Source: an uncultured Nitrososphaerales archaeon (GTDB lineage Archaea > Thermoproteota > Nitrososphaeria > Nitrososphaerales > Nitrososphaeraceae). From it: a stretch of 35,065 nt of DNA. The stretch lies in NCBI GenBank assembly GCA_963709405.1, contig CAVPXM010000005.1:1-35065 (forward strand), in the 5' to 3' direction. The position numbers and the translations under genes were made by a program. Numbering within the stretch: position 1 is the stretch's first letter; every line of letters begins with the position of its first letter. Of this stretch, positions 1 to 10,585 are shown piece by piece. Under the pieces are notes generated by a model that did no database searches, was not told where the DNA came from, and saw only the letters and a list, made by a program, of their open reading frames with translations.

Positions 1-9
1 GAAATACCT

Positions 10-627
10 TTAATATCGACCAGGAGGATAATTTTGGGATAGGCTCTTAGCCATTTCATATTCTTGAGCAAGCAGTAGTATCCTCTTTTTAGATACAGTA
101 TTAATTTCATCATTCAACGATTCAATTATGTGAAGGTATCCATTAATTCTATAATCATCAAGTTCTTTTAGCTTCTCAATATAACCTTTGGTAAAGGTAT
201 GGGTACCGACATAGGATATAGAGGTACCGTTCATAAACATAATACTATGGATCTTGTTCTTGAGTTTAGTTCTCATTCTCACTAACGCGGCCCTATGTCT
301 TACTAACTCTCGTAGTTCCATCGTCCCTCTAGTAGGTATATAACATTCTGCTATGTATCCACCTTTCAGCAGATCAGCTAGTTTAATTGCATCAAGTTTG
401 TCAGTTTTTATTTTAGCGGATGCAATAGTTATTGTCTTGGCTGGATTAGATAATCGTATATCTAGGTATCTCTTGCTCAGGCATTCATATATGTTATACC
501 ACATACCAGACGATTCCGTCACGACCTTAGTGTTATTGCCTGGACTGAGACTATCGAAGAATTCATTCATTTTTATCATTTCTTGTTCTATAGAAAAATC
601 TGGAATGTACTGTTCTACCTCATCCAC
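10..627 (-). mobile_element. IS110-family transposase remnant, truncated at both ends
   Basis: Motifs VTESSGMW, KIKTDKLDAIKLADLL and LRELVRHR..LVRMRTKLKNKIH are typical of the IS110 DEDD domain and coiled coil. The first catalytic Asp strand (GIDxH) is missing, and the ORF stops before the IPGxG/C-terminal domain. Confidence 0.85.
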
Positions 628-796
628 GCACCTTAATCTTCTAGTTCTTGTACGGCATATTCTCTATCAGAACTAATTACATCACTCGATAACTGTTCTG
701 TCTCGGATATATCTACATCATAAATATATCTTTAATCAAGGTCAAACAGAAATCCAGATACTGTACAAGTTATGTATAGTTTGTCTGAATGCACAA

Positions 797-1012
797 TTAT
801 TCAAGCGCCATAAATTTTTGCTTTTGTACAGTTTTACTCATCGTCCTCGGTACTCTCACCGCTTCTGTAGTCATTCTTTGAAATGTATATATGATTCCGT
901 GGTCAAATTTCAGATGGCTCAGAAAAGCCATCCCATTATTAATCGTATCTTTAACTATTAATCCTCGTCCACAAATACTACACTTAATGATGTGTTCATC
1001 CTTACCTACCAT
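797..1012 (-). CDS. Small C2H2-type zinc-finger protein
   Basis: 71 aa with CSIC ... HLKFDH metal-ligand spacing. Confidence 0.55.
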   Translation of the reverse strand: MVGKDEHIIKCSICGRGLIVKDTINNGMAFLSHLKFDHGIIYTFQRMTTEAVRVPRTMSKTVQKQKFMALE

Positions 1013-1088
1013 ACTATAACTATAGACAACAAACTATTTCTATAATACTCTACAATAAGTTGGTTTTTTACCTATACGATAAGAACTA

Positions 1089-1382
1089 TTATTGTAATTT
1101 GATTATCTCGTCCCATGTTCCAGTTACTGACAACATATAGTATTTACTACCATTACCAGATTCAAATTGTATAATGTCTCCTGCTAATATATGAATTTGA
1201 AATAATCTATTTAAGAACTGCAAGAAGCTAGGTCCAGCCACAATGCTTTTTGCTTCCTTTTCAAATGGTTTATTAAAGTATTTTAGTAATGTGTCAGCTA
1301 ATCCTAAGCGGCTAATTTCTTCAGCCAGATCAGATAGATCAATAAAAGTCGAATTTCTCTTGTAAACTCGAAGCATTGCCAT
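1089..1382 (-). CDS. Hypothetical protein
   Basis: 97-aa ATG ORF with protein-like composition and AT-rich promoter-like sequence upstream. Confidence 0.6.
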   Translation of the reverse strand: MAMLRVYKRNSTFIDLSDLAEEISRLGLADTLLKYFNKPFEKEAKSIVAGPSFLQFLNRLFQIHILAGDIIQFESGNGSKYYMLSVTGTWDEIIKLQ

Positions 1383-1690
1383 TAAGACACATACTGTCTA
1401 CCTTACTCATATTTATACAATGTTAAATTGATAATATAACAATTAAGTATTGTCGTCGGACTCAAGTATTCTAACTAGTATTTATGAGAAATAGGGTTAG
1501 GGTATTTCCAGAAAGACACTACTAGGCGAGATACAAAAACAAGTTATTGACTGTCCTGATAGCCGACCAAGAACATCTCAATTATCAATGACATGGTAAC
1601 ATGGGAAGTTCCAGAAACAATTAATTTGTGACAAATGATATATTTATATATCAATAAGTATATAATACTTATTAGAGGATGAATAACTAA

Positions 1691-1867
1691 ATGCCAATGC
1701 TTATGTTAAAGTGCAAGACTTGTGGTGAAGTTTTTCCGGGGATATACGTTCCTGAACGAAGTACAGATGATTTTAAGGCAACTTCTACAAATGCAGATAC
1801 ATCACATACATGCTCAAGAAAACACACAAATGAATATGTTACAGTAGATTATATGGATTGGTCTTGA
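1691..1867 (+). CDS. Small putative zinc-binding protein (58 aa, not in ORF track)
   Basis: Manual translation: MPMLMLKCKTCGEVFPGIYVPERSTDDFKATSTNADTSHTCSRKHTNEYVTVDYMDWS*. Has CxxC plus CxxxH, a TTTATATA box upstream, and abuts hflX. Confidence 0.6.
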   Translation: MPMLMLKCKTCGEVFPGIYVPERSTDDFKATSTNADTSHTCSRKHTNEYVTVDYMDWS

Positions 1868-1874
1868 GCGCAAT

Positions 1875-3044
1875 CTGAATTTTACGAAAGTCGTACTCGT
1901 AACATATCCTGATGACTTTAGTATCCAAGAGGCAAAAAGTCTGGTAGAGTCGTCATCTTCATCTATTACAGCTGCAGGCTATAAAATTCTAAGAGTTGTC
2001 ACTCAAAAATATCTGAATCATTCTCGATATGGCCTTGGTTCTGGTAAAGCTGAAGAAATCAAAGCCTTTGTAAAAGAAACCAGAGCCGATCAGATAGTTG
2101 TTGATGAACATTTGACTTCGAAACAGATTCACAACTTGGAGAAATTAACCGGAGTACAGGTGATAGACAGAGAGAGATTAATACTTAACATATTCCATTC
2201 AAGAGCTACTACAAAAGAAGCAAAATTACAGATTGAACTAGCTGAGATCAAATATGAAATGCCGCGTGTAAGGGAAAATGCAAAACTAACTTCAGGTAGT
2301 ACTGAAAGACCTGGGAAGGGAGGCATGGGAGAATACACAGTTGATGTTAAATTCAGAGACCTAAAAAGACGCATTTCTTTTATCAAAGAGAAGCTTGATG
2401 ACGTTCATCAAAAACGTGAGCTTTATCGTCAAAATAGATTGAAAACTAAAATGCCTATTGTCTCATTAGTAGGTTACACTAGCTCTGGAAAAACTACATT
2501 GTTCAACTTACTTACATCGGAATATAAGGAAACATCAGATAGCTTATTTACAACACTTTCCACAACTACAAGATCATTTAGAATTAATAATAATAACAAT
2601 ATAAATGGAGAATCATTACTTATAGACACAGTAGGCTTTATCAGTAGACTTCCCCATTACATGATAGACGCATTTAAATCAACACTGGAAGAGTCGCTTG
2701 GAGCTGATTTGATTTTGCTTTTGATAGATATCTCAGAGAAGATCGAAGATATTAAAATGAAATATCGATGTTGTTGGGACGTTTTGAATGATCTAAAAGT
2801 AGACAAATCTAGAGTTCTTGTAGTGTTGACTAAATTCGATGGTGTTATAAGCTCAACAGGACTGGTTGAGAGCATAGCTAACGATTTGATGATATCTAAT
2901 CCAATAGCTGTATCTTCCAAGACTGGGTACGGGATTCATAAACTAAAAACTATGATTAATACTTGTGTATCTTCTCAAGACCTTGCTAGAGAAGATCTAA
3001 AAGTAAAAGCAGTACCAGCAAATGCAGAAAAATTAACCAATTAA
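1875..3044 (+). CDS. hflX: GTPase HflX
   Basis: IDRERLILNIF..RATTKEAKLQIELA, G1 GYTSSGKTT, LFTTLSTT, G3 DTVG, G4 TKFD. The frame is open upstream of 2112 (KVVLVTYPDDFSIQEAKSLVES...YGLGSGKAEEIK), so the real start is near 1864-1875; the start codon is uncertain. Confidence 0.93.
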   Translation: MNFTKVVLVTYPDDFSIQEAKSLVESSSSSITAAGYKILRVVTQKYLNHSRYGLGSGKAEEIKAFVKETRADQIVVDEHLTSKQIHNLEKLTGVQVIDRERLILNIFHSRATTKEAKLQIELAEIKYEMPRVRENAKLTSGSTERPGKGGMGEYTVDVKFRDLKRRISFIKEKLDDVHQKRELYRQNRLKTKMPIVSLVGYTSSGKTTLFNLLTSEYKETSDSLFTTLSTTTRSFRINNNNNINGESLLIDTVGFISRLPHYMIDAFKSTLEESLGADLILLLIDISEKIEDIKMKYRCCWDVLNDLKVDKSRVLVVLTKFDGVISSTGLVESIANDLMISNPIAVSSKTGYGIHKLKTMINTCVSSQDLAREDLKVKAVPANAEKLTN

Positions 3045-3113
3045 ATTGTGCAATGCCACATTTAGCCAATCATTACAAAAATTTAAATAATCATGGAATT
3101 TGTAAAAGATAAG

Positions 3114-3145
3114 TTTATATATATATCAGTATATGATACTGATAT
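3114..3145 (+). promoter_or_regulatory. TATA box followed by perfect 10-bp inverted repeat (candidate operator)
   Basis: TTTATATA at 3114-3121, then ATATCAGTAT-atg-ATACTGATAT at 3123-3145 overlapping an in-frame ATG at 3144. Confidence 0.55.
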
Positions 3146-3368
3146 GGAGCTGGCTACAAATCAAGCAACTATGGATCAAAGATTGGTGCTACAGCGAATA
3201 TCCAATAAGGTAGATTATTTTATGATTACCAACGTAACGAACGAGACAAATGAGTGTGGAAACATGAAGGTCACTGTAAAATTAGATGATGGACAGGATG
3301 ACGTGAAATATGATGGCGCATATTCAGTAACACCAACCAAAGAAATCACAGTCAATAGCAAGGTTTGA
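3144..3368 (+). CDS. Hypothetical protein of the integrase-associated module
   Basis: ORF track gives 3093..3368. The ATG at 3144 (MELATNQ) fits a leaderless start behind the TATA box better. Confidence 0.55.
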   Translation: MELATNQATMDQRLVLQRISNKVDYFMITNVTNETNECGNMKVTVKLDDGQDDVKYDGAYSVTPTKEITVNSKV

Positions 3369-3555
3369 CACAGCATAATGATCGTTAAGACAAAAGAAAA
3401 AACGGGATTTAATCTTAAGGATCATCAATATTATGTTACTGCACTGCTCGATATGGTATTGAAGATTTTGAGAAGATGCTGAAATAATAACTATAAGAAG
3501 AAAAATGGATTAAATTGATTAATGAAGAGGAGTGGAGGGAGGCAGAATAGTAATA

Positions 3556-3693
3556 ATGGCGAAACAGAATAGGAAAATAGAGTCGATGGCGTTTGAATAT
3601 ACCGTAAGAAAATGCGGCACTTCATCACATATTATTCTTCCTGCTTCAATGGTAGGAAAAAGGGTTAAGGTAACAATTGAAACATGTGATTAG
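3556..3693 (+). CDS. DUF2080-like / AbrB-like small mobile-element protein (45 aa, not in ORF track)
   Basis: MAKQNRKIESMAFEYTVRKCGTSSHIILPASMVGKRVKVTIETCD* matches the VxxxGxSxHIxLPxxxxGKxVKV pattern; GGAGG-like SD upstream. Confidence 0.7.
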   Translation: MAKQNRKIESMAFEYTVRKCGTSSHIILPASMVGKRVKVTIETCD

Positions 3694-3984
3694 TAATGTC
3701 TTCTTATCAAACAATAGTAAATTATCAGAACTTATAGAGAAATATAGAAATGAATGAATATGCTATAAACGAGAAAATTGATATCCTGAGTTATATAAAT
3801 TCAATACTTCCTAAAAGGCTCTTAACTTGACTATTATTTAGGAGGAATTTCATAAACCGTATTCTGTACATTGCATATGTAGATATATAATAGATTAAGT
3901 TGAAATAAATCTTATATACGACCGTAACTAAATGCAGATACGGCCGAAAAAGTAACAACTGAGAATAACCAACACTCACGATAT

Positions 3985-5352
3985 GTGGTCCATGCTATAC
4001 CCTCATATGTTAAGAATATATCCAAGAAATTCACAAGAAATGAAAAGAGAATTCCCCTAAATTATGATAAATACCTGATAGGAAGATCCTACCAACTATT
4101 CAAAGGTGCTCTTCATTCAGACAAAACACTTCAGTTATACAAGCATCATTTATGGCATTTTTGTAATTTCATCGAAATGACAACTGAGGAGATCGTTTCA
4201 AAGGATCCAGAGGATAATATCAAAGATGTGACACAACTACAACATCTAGTCGAAGATTATGTTTTGTTCTTACAAGCCAAAATAAGTAATGGCGAGATTA
4301 CTGCGGGAACTGCTCATAGCATGATCCCTTCTGTAAAGTTGTTTTGTGAAATGAATGATATTGTTCTTAACTGGAGAAAAATAAACAAACTCTTACCCTA
4401 TGGTAGTGGTAACGCAGCAGATGAAGCATATACAAGAGAACAGATAAAGAAGATGCTAGAACATTCGGACCTTAGAGCCAAAATTCCTATCCTCTTCATG
4501 GCATCAAGTGGAATGAGATTGGGCGGTTTTGCTGGCCTTACTGATGGTGATATACAACCTATTTTTGATGAAACTACAGGCAAAAAATTAGTTGCAACTC
4601 ACGTAGTTGTTTACAGAGGAACAGATGATGAATATGATACATTTATTTCGCCTGAGGCTTTTTCTACATACCAAGAATATCAAAATCTTCGTATAAAATT
4701 TGGGGAAGTAATAACCAAAAAGAGTCCAATACTTTTAAGACGATTTGACATAAGTCCTGATGGTAAGACAGCGACGTTAGATAATACAAAACCAGTAGCC
4801 CTATCGACTGTAGCCGGTATAATAAGAACCGTAACTTACAAGGCAGGCATCAGAGAAGTTTCAGAAAATTATAAAGATAGATACAATATCAAGATCGCTC
4901 ATGGCTTTAGGAAGTTTTTTAATACCACATTAAGCAATATTAGAACCAAGGATGGGAGACTGGCAATCGATTTTATCAGAAAGGAAATGATGATGGGTCA
5001 TGCTCTGATGGATATACATGCTTTGGAAGAAAATTATAATAGGGCTGATAGGCCTAAGATGTTACTTGAGGACTATCTGAAAGCAGTATCAGACTTGACT
5101 ATATCAGATGAAGAAAGAATGAAAGTAGAGGTAAAGAAATTGCAGACAGATATATCCAATATGAAGTCAGTAGAGATAGAATTATCAGAAAAAGATAAAG
5201 AAATTCAATCTATGAAACAGAAATATGAGGAAATGAGTGTTACACTTCAAAGTATTCTAAGTGTCATTGGAAATGTAGATCAGCCTGTTAAGAACAAAAT
5301 AGCAAAGCATCTGATTATGAAAGGAGAATACAAGCCGGATCTCAGAATTTAG
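3985..5352 (+). CDS. Tyrosine recombinase/integrase with C-terminal coiled coil
   Basis: Catalytic set SSGMR, HGFRKFF, MMGH and ENY all present; N-terminal core-binding region; heptad-rich tail. Confidence 0.92.
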   Translation: MVHAIPSYVKNISKKFTRNEKRIPLNYDKYLIGRSYQLFKGALHSDKTLQLYKHHLWHFCNFIEMTTEEIVSKDPEDNIKDVTQLQHLVEDYVLFLQAKISNGEITAGTAHSMIPSVKLFCEMNDIVLNWRKINKLLPYGSGNAADEAYTREQIKKMLEHSDLRAKIPILFMASSGMRLGGFAGLTDGDIQPIFDETTGKKLVATHVVVYRGTDDEYDTFISPEAFSTYQEYQNLRIKFGEVITKKSPILLRRFDISPDGKTATLDNTKPVALSTVAGIIRTVTYKAGIREVSENYKDRYNIKIAHGFRKFFNTTLSNIRTKDGRLAIDFIRKEMMMGHALMDIHALEENYNRADRPKMLLEDYLKAVSDLTISDEERMKVEVKKLQTDISNMKSVEIELSEKDKEIQSMKQKYEEMSVTLQSILSVIGNVDQPVKNKIAKHLIMKGEYKPDLRI

Positions 5353-5505
5353 ATGTGTTAAGGAACCAATTGGGATCGAATCAATTTCTAAACGTTCGTC
5401 ATTTAGAAAGACATGGCATTGATATCCAAAGTAAGAAAAATTAGAGATACTTTATCAATAAGTGAAAGTTCGTGATAAGACTAATAAGAGATTAGGTAAT
5501 GAACT

Positions 5506-6384
5506 TTATGAATCCTTATTCAAAAATTCTCTTAGGCTCCCAATCCCTAATCCTAGCCCTATAAGCGCCAAGATGTCGATAGGTTCGATTACACGTATCG
5601 CGATGACATAACCTTGGCTTAGTAATGCAAGAAAACCCACGGCGATTCCAAAGCCGATTGTTCCAATATCAATTATCGAAACTTTGATAAAGGCTTTTGA
5701 GATAAGCCTTCTGTTTAGATAATCGTGGAGTTCGTTCTTAACGAGTATACTTGCATTTACGTTGTTTGTTTGGTGTTTTATTTCTGCTTCCTTAACCTGA
5801 TTAACATAGTTGATTAATTCCCAGAATAGAATGGACGTAAGAATGCCAATTATCACCCAGACCAGTGCTACTACAACTTTTGGTTCAGTCGCGATAGTTA
5901 CGGGGATTGGAATATTATCCTTACCTTCTATAAAGATCCAACCCTCGTATGAGCCAGGGTATTGTAACTTGGGTATTTTAATATTATATTGCTTTACATC
6001 AGTTGTTGCGTTAGTGCTAGGATATATTACTAATCTTGCATCTGTATTCAATTTATGTATAGCATCTACTAAGTAGGAAGAGGATGTTTTTATCGTGTCC
6101 TGGTTATTGAGCCCATAAACATTCAAGGACTTGAGGGAACCTTTTTCATTATTATCTACAAGAAACTCCCAATTACCATCATGAAAAGATGATTTGCCGT
6201 CAAAAGTTAAAGTAGTCTTATTATCATTAAGATATGGAAATTGTCCCATATCATTGGAACTGTGAATATAAACATTAATTGTAATTAGGACTATGTCCGC
6301 AACTATGATTGGCGATAGTATGAGGATTAGCCTAGATGTGGGGCTTCTTAGTGCAAACCATCTTGTCAATCTAGATCTTGTCAA
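5506..6384 (-). CDS. Hypothetical membrane protein
   Basis: N-terminal TM helix, extracellular beta-rich region (PGSYEGWIFI...IPVTI), three C-terminal hydrophobic segments. Confidence 0.7.
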   Translation of the reverse strand: MTRSRLTRWFALRSPTSRLILILSPIIVADIVLITINVYIHSSNDMGQFPYLNDNKTTLTFDGKSSFHDGNWEFLVDNNEKGSLKSLNVYGLNNQDTIKTSSSYLVDAIHKLNTDARLVIYPSTNATTDVKQYNIKIPKLQYPGSYEGWIFIEGKDNIPIPVTIATEPKVVVALVWVIIGILTSILFWELINYVNQVKEAEIKHQTNNVNASILVKNELHDYLNRRLISKAFIKVSIIDIGTIGFGIAVGFLALLSQGYVIAIRVIEPIDILALIGLGLGIGSLREFLNKDS

Positions 6385-6857
6385 TCTAGATCTCGAGCCT
6401 CAGGCTTGTTCATCATTATCCTTCTATCGATTCTATTGGTTTCACAAATTATATCGATTTGAAAAAAAGCTGTAATAAAAAATCCAGTATCAAGAATTCT
6501 TCCTTTCCATAGCATCCACGAGTCCACCTCGAGTGACAGATCCTGTAAATCTAGATACCAAAACAAGTGCCGCAACTGTGACAGTTAAGTATGATATATG
6601 ATTAGTTGTTGTTATTGATTTCGGAATTAAGTTTACGTTTGATCCCATTATTTATTCATACCGAAGACTTCTTGATATCTTCTTGTCAAATTTGTTTCGA
6701 AATTATCATCATAGTTTATGAGGATTAATTCAGTAATACATCGTCAGTCCAGTCACGATTCGAGTTATGAATTAGTATCTCTATTCCAAACAGAGAATTC
6801 ATAAATTGTGATCATTAAAAATATATACGAGCTATCAATTATCAAGTATAAAAGCTT

Positions 6858-6982
6858 CACAATCTTTATCCAAAACTATCGTGTTTTCATATCCATCATC
6901 AAATCTTGCAATACCATACTGGCTGCTCTGGATGGAGTTATTCAGCTTGCAATGACCATTTTATCATCTCAATCTAGAGAAT
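6858..6982. repeat. Degenerate ~125-bp direct repeat, copy 1
   Basis: Aligns with 10586-10708; identical 24-mer TGGCTGCTCTGGATGGAGTTATTC at 6920-6943. Confidence 0.85.
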
Positions 6983-7569
6983 GCCAAGTGATTAAGTTTC
7001 ATATTGAGATTTTCGCGACAAAGAATCACTCCCTCCAGATTAAATATATCTAGTCCTTATTAGGGACTTCCTGTAATCCCTGCTCTGTTATGCTCCATAA
7101 TCTCAAATCCGTGTGGCTAGGTCTGGGTAGTGCTTCCTTAACTTAACGGTGTTCTGGTTTGACATGTGTTTCAAGTAATCTGTCAACGATCATTTGGATT
7201 CTTTAACATTCTATCTAAACAATACCATTCCTTTACCTTCTTTCCTGCAATAGGTGCTAGCAGTATTTGCAAAGAAAGATTCTGAAGAAATAGTCATTGA
7301 GAAATGTCTAGGTAAATGATAGTAAAAGATGAGTTTGATTGAGTATATCTGGTGATATAAGGCTTAACTTAAGAATAATAGCAGCAAATAATCATTACGC
7401 TGGCTTTGGTCCGGGAACTGCTAACACTTTTAGAAAAATTTGCATTTATCAGAAGTAACATGGAATAATGTTGAAGTGCCCCAAACCGAAGATAGAGTAT
7501 CCGGTAACACAAAACAAATTACTCTATCAGATTTTCTAAAATGAGGCATAGGATCAATTATTTATTAAA

Positions 7570-7779
7570 TAGTGTATAGCACATTGTACATAAAACATCG
7601 AGTTGGCTGTTTGTCCCTTGAATTTCTTTCACTACTGAATCGATTTCACTTTCAGGTCTAGAACACACAACAACATTTGCTACGTGTCCACTCAATAGGA
7701 TTGTAGTTTCTTTTCTTATACACCTTCCACTCCCAGTAACTACTGCAGTCTTGTCTTACAAGCTTTTGTAGGTATTCAT
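7570..7779 (-). pseudogene. Decayed SDR oxidoreductase N-terminus
   Basis: Reads MNTYKSL*DKTAVVTGSGRCI..KETTILLS...NVVVCSRPESEIDSVVKEI with an in-frame stop and a frameshift. Confidence 0.7.
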
Positions 7780-7837
7780 ATCTATTTTTTATGGTAAGAC
7801 TAAACTTATATCGGACATATTACAATGCCAAATCACG

Positions 7838-8452
7838 TCATCCAATAGTATTGAAATTAGATAGTGACTTCCACATATACCATGTGGCTATACTTCTATA
7901 CGGTCTCCATGGATTGGCTATCTCCATCATCGTGTTAGGCTTCGGAAGTTCATCTAACAAGTATGTTCTTCTCATCGCATTTCTTAATCCTAAATCAGTA
8001 ACCGGTAATACGTCTTCCCTACCAAGACAGAATATCAAAAACATTTCTGCTGTCCATCTTCCTATACCTTTTACTCTTGTTAACTGACTGATTATTTCCT
8101 CATCTTTCAATTCTGGTAGGTCAAACAAATCCAACCTGTTATCTGCAATATGAGATGCTAGATCCTTTAGATATGTTATTTTCATTCTTGATAGACCAAC
8201 CTGAGTTCTTAGTTCAATATCTGAGCTTGAAATGATTTGCTCTGGTGTTGGAATCGAATTCTTGTAATATGCCAAGAATCTTTTGTAAATGGCATTAGCA
8301 GCACTTCCAGTTAGTTGCTGATAAATTATTGCCTCTATTAATGATTGAAATGAATCATTTCTTAACTTTATGGAATAACATCCAATCTCTTTAACGATTT
8401 TAGCAAGACGTCTGTCTGCGTTACAAAGATGTTCCATATAATTTGTATTCAA
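7838..8452 (-). CDS. alkA: DNA-3-methyladenine glycosylase II (HhH-GPD)
   Basis: FQSLIEAIIYQQL, LTRVKGIGRWTAEMFLIF, LPVTDLGLR, WRPYRSIATWYMW. Confidence 0.93.
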   Translation of the reverse strand: MNTNYMEHLCNADRRLAKIVKEIGCYSIKLRNDSFQSLIEAIIYQQLTGSAANAIYKRFLAYYKNSIPTPEQIISSSDIELRTQVGLSRMKITYLKDLASHIADNRLDLFDLPELKDEEIISQLTRVKGIGRWTAEMFLIFCLGREDVLPVTDLGLRNAMRRTYLLDELPKPNTMMEIANPWRPYRSIATWYMWKSLSNFNTIG

Positions 8453-8568
8453 GTATGAATATTCATCATTGTTCTTGTTGTATTATTATATTTCTAGAGG
8501 CACATTTGCAATAATTGTTAGTTCCAGAAAAGAAATATTGGATATGAATGTAACATGGTAATATCAGT

Positions 8569-9456
8569 ATGAAAGGCGAACAACAGCAAATTGCGGTAGT
8601 AACTGGGAGTTCATCTGGGATAGGATTTGAAACTTCCCTTCTACTTGCTCGGAATGGGATTTATACGTATGCTACTATGCGTAATCAAAGTAAATCAGAG
8701 GAGATCCTTGCTTACGCAAGAAAAGATAATCTCCCATTGGAAACACTGCCCTTAGATGTAACTAACGAAAAGTTAATCTCAGAGGCTATAAAAAAGATAA
8801 TTGCTGAAAAAGGTAGAATTGATGTCCTCGTTAATAATGCGGGATACTCATTGTTAGGACCATTGGAGCAACTTCATATAGATGAAATTAAGGAAGAGTT
8901 TGAAACTAATTTCTTTGGGATAATAAGACTTATCCAAAGTGTATTACCCAAAATGAGAAAACAGAGGTATGGAAGGATAATAAATATAAGCTCACTTGCT
9001 GGCAGGATTGGATTTCCTTTGTCTTCAGCCTACGTTAGTTCCAAATTTGCTTTGGAGGGGCTTACAGAATCTTTAAGATATGAAGTTCAAAACTTTGGGA
9101 TACATGTTATACTCATAGAACCTGGAGTAATAAAGACAAATTTTGTAAACAACATGAAGTTAGGTAATGAGATTATGATATTGCAAGATAGAGATGATAA
9201 CCAGACTATTGATGATGATTCACCATATGCGGAGATAACTAATAAGAGACTCTCTGCATTTAAACCAAGATTCGAAAGAGGTTCGTCACCTATTGAAGTG
9301 GCAAAGATAATTCTAGAAGCAGTTACGTCTCAAGATCCCAAAGCAAGATATCTCATTGGACATGATGCGATGAAGATGATGGAAAAGAGAAAGGATACAA
9401 CTGATGAGGAATTTGGTAGATTGGTGATGGATAGTGTTTTAGGCCGGGATTCCTAA
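8569..9456 (+). CDS. Short-chain dehydrogenase/reductase
   Basis: TGSSSGIG, NNAG and YVSSK motifs. Confidence 0.95.
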   Translation: MKGEQQQIAVVTGSSSGIGFETSLLLARNGIYTYATMRNQSKSEEILAYARKDNLPLETLPLDVTNEKLISEAIKKIIAEKGRIDVLVNNAGYSLLGPLEQLHIDEIKEEFETNFFGIIRLIQSVLPKMRKQRYGRIINISSLAGRIGFPLSSAYVSSKFALEGLTESLRYEVQNFGIHVILIEPGVIKTNFVNNMKLGNEIMILQDRDDNQTIDDDSPYAEITNKRLSAFKPRFERGSSPIEVAKIILEAVTSQDPKARYLIGHDAMKMMEKRKDTTDEEFGRLVMDSVLGRDS

Positions 9457-9604
9457 CTGAAGTTATCCTTAATAAAATTATCCAACTGCTCTGACCATAT
9501 AGGGAGCCTGTCAAATTTGATTTTCACTAAAATAGAACTCTTGTTAGTTCTTCAGATTGAAACTCGAAAGATGATGAAATCTGTTTAGCTTTGCTTTTTT
9601 GAGC

Positions 9605-10535
9605 TTATCTACCTACAGCGTCCATGAATAATTCTAATGCTTTTGTATCAAGTGGGTCCTGAAATGCAAGCAAGAACTGATCCACACCTGCATCTGCATA
9701 CTGCTTAAGCCTTTCCCTTATTTTATCAGATGTTCCAACGAGTCCATGCTTAAGCATCTGATTAGCCACGGCAGGACCTCTCTCCATAGCAAATATTTTT
9801 TTCTTGTATTCTAAATCTAATTCAGATTCAGAAATAATAACATCTAGTTCAATTGATTTAGCTATTCTTCTATTTCCATTTCGATTTATCTTTTCACATA
9901 TGCTTTCAAACTTTTCGTTAAGGGTAATAAACTGTTCAGGAGTTAGATAGGAGCACTCCCAGATGTCTGCATACCTAGCAGCTATTGTCATGGTTTTATC
10001 TTGTTTTGCTGCTTACAGTTAGTGGAATATCAACACTTTGAGTCTGCGTCTGTTTTCTCAAAAATGTTGCATCTTTTACTTTGAAATGCCTTCCTTCAAA
10101 TGTCGTAGGAGACTTAGTCCATAACATTAACAATAATTGTATACCTTCCTCGAGTAATGATACCCTTTCACCATTATTTGGATAATCTATACCATAAGGA
10201 TGCCACCATTGCGAGGCCCATTGGAGTGTTGCACCCGCACCTGTTCGAAACTCGAGTCTTCCGTTAGAAATATCTTGCATTGTCAGAGCTTGCTTCGCTA
10301 AGAGAGAGATGTTTCTATATTGGGGAAACATATATGTTACAACAGGACCTAATTTAATCCTTTGAGTTATTGCAGATAAATTAGAAATTATGGTCCAACA
10401 ATCCAAATCTATATCGGCTAAGGATTCACCATAGTAAAACCCGTAATATCCCAATTTTTCAGCCAATAAACAGATTTCTTTGATCTTGTTATACTCAGTT
10501 CCCCATATTTCAAGACAGAAACGAGCGTTTATCAA
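9605..10535 (-). CDS. LLM-class flavin/F420-dependent oxidoreductase, split by +1 frameshift near 10013
   Basis: TQRIKLGPVVT, DISNGRLEFRTGAG, IAARYADIW, YADAGVDQF. Removing one base restores PLTVAAKQDKTMTIAARYAD. Confidence 0.88.
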
Positions 10536-10585
10536 TGTTCTAAGATATCATGTAAAGGGTATTAATTAACAGGTAGAAAGGCTGG

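Noticed and set aside
2584-2604. AAT repeat (poly-Asn) in hflX
   Set aside because: Short in-frame low-complexity loop; no sign of a functional repeat.
3040-5500. attL/attR for the integrase
   Set aside because: Only a short AACCAATT-type match between the hflX end and the region after the integrase; expected by chance in AT-rich DNA.
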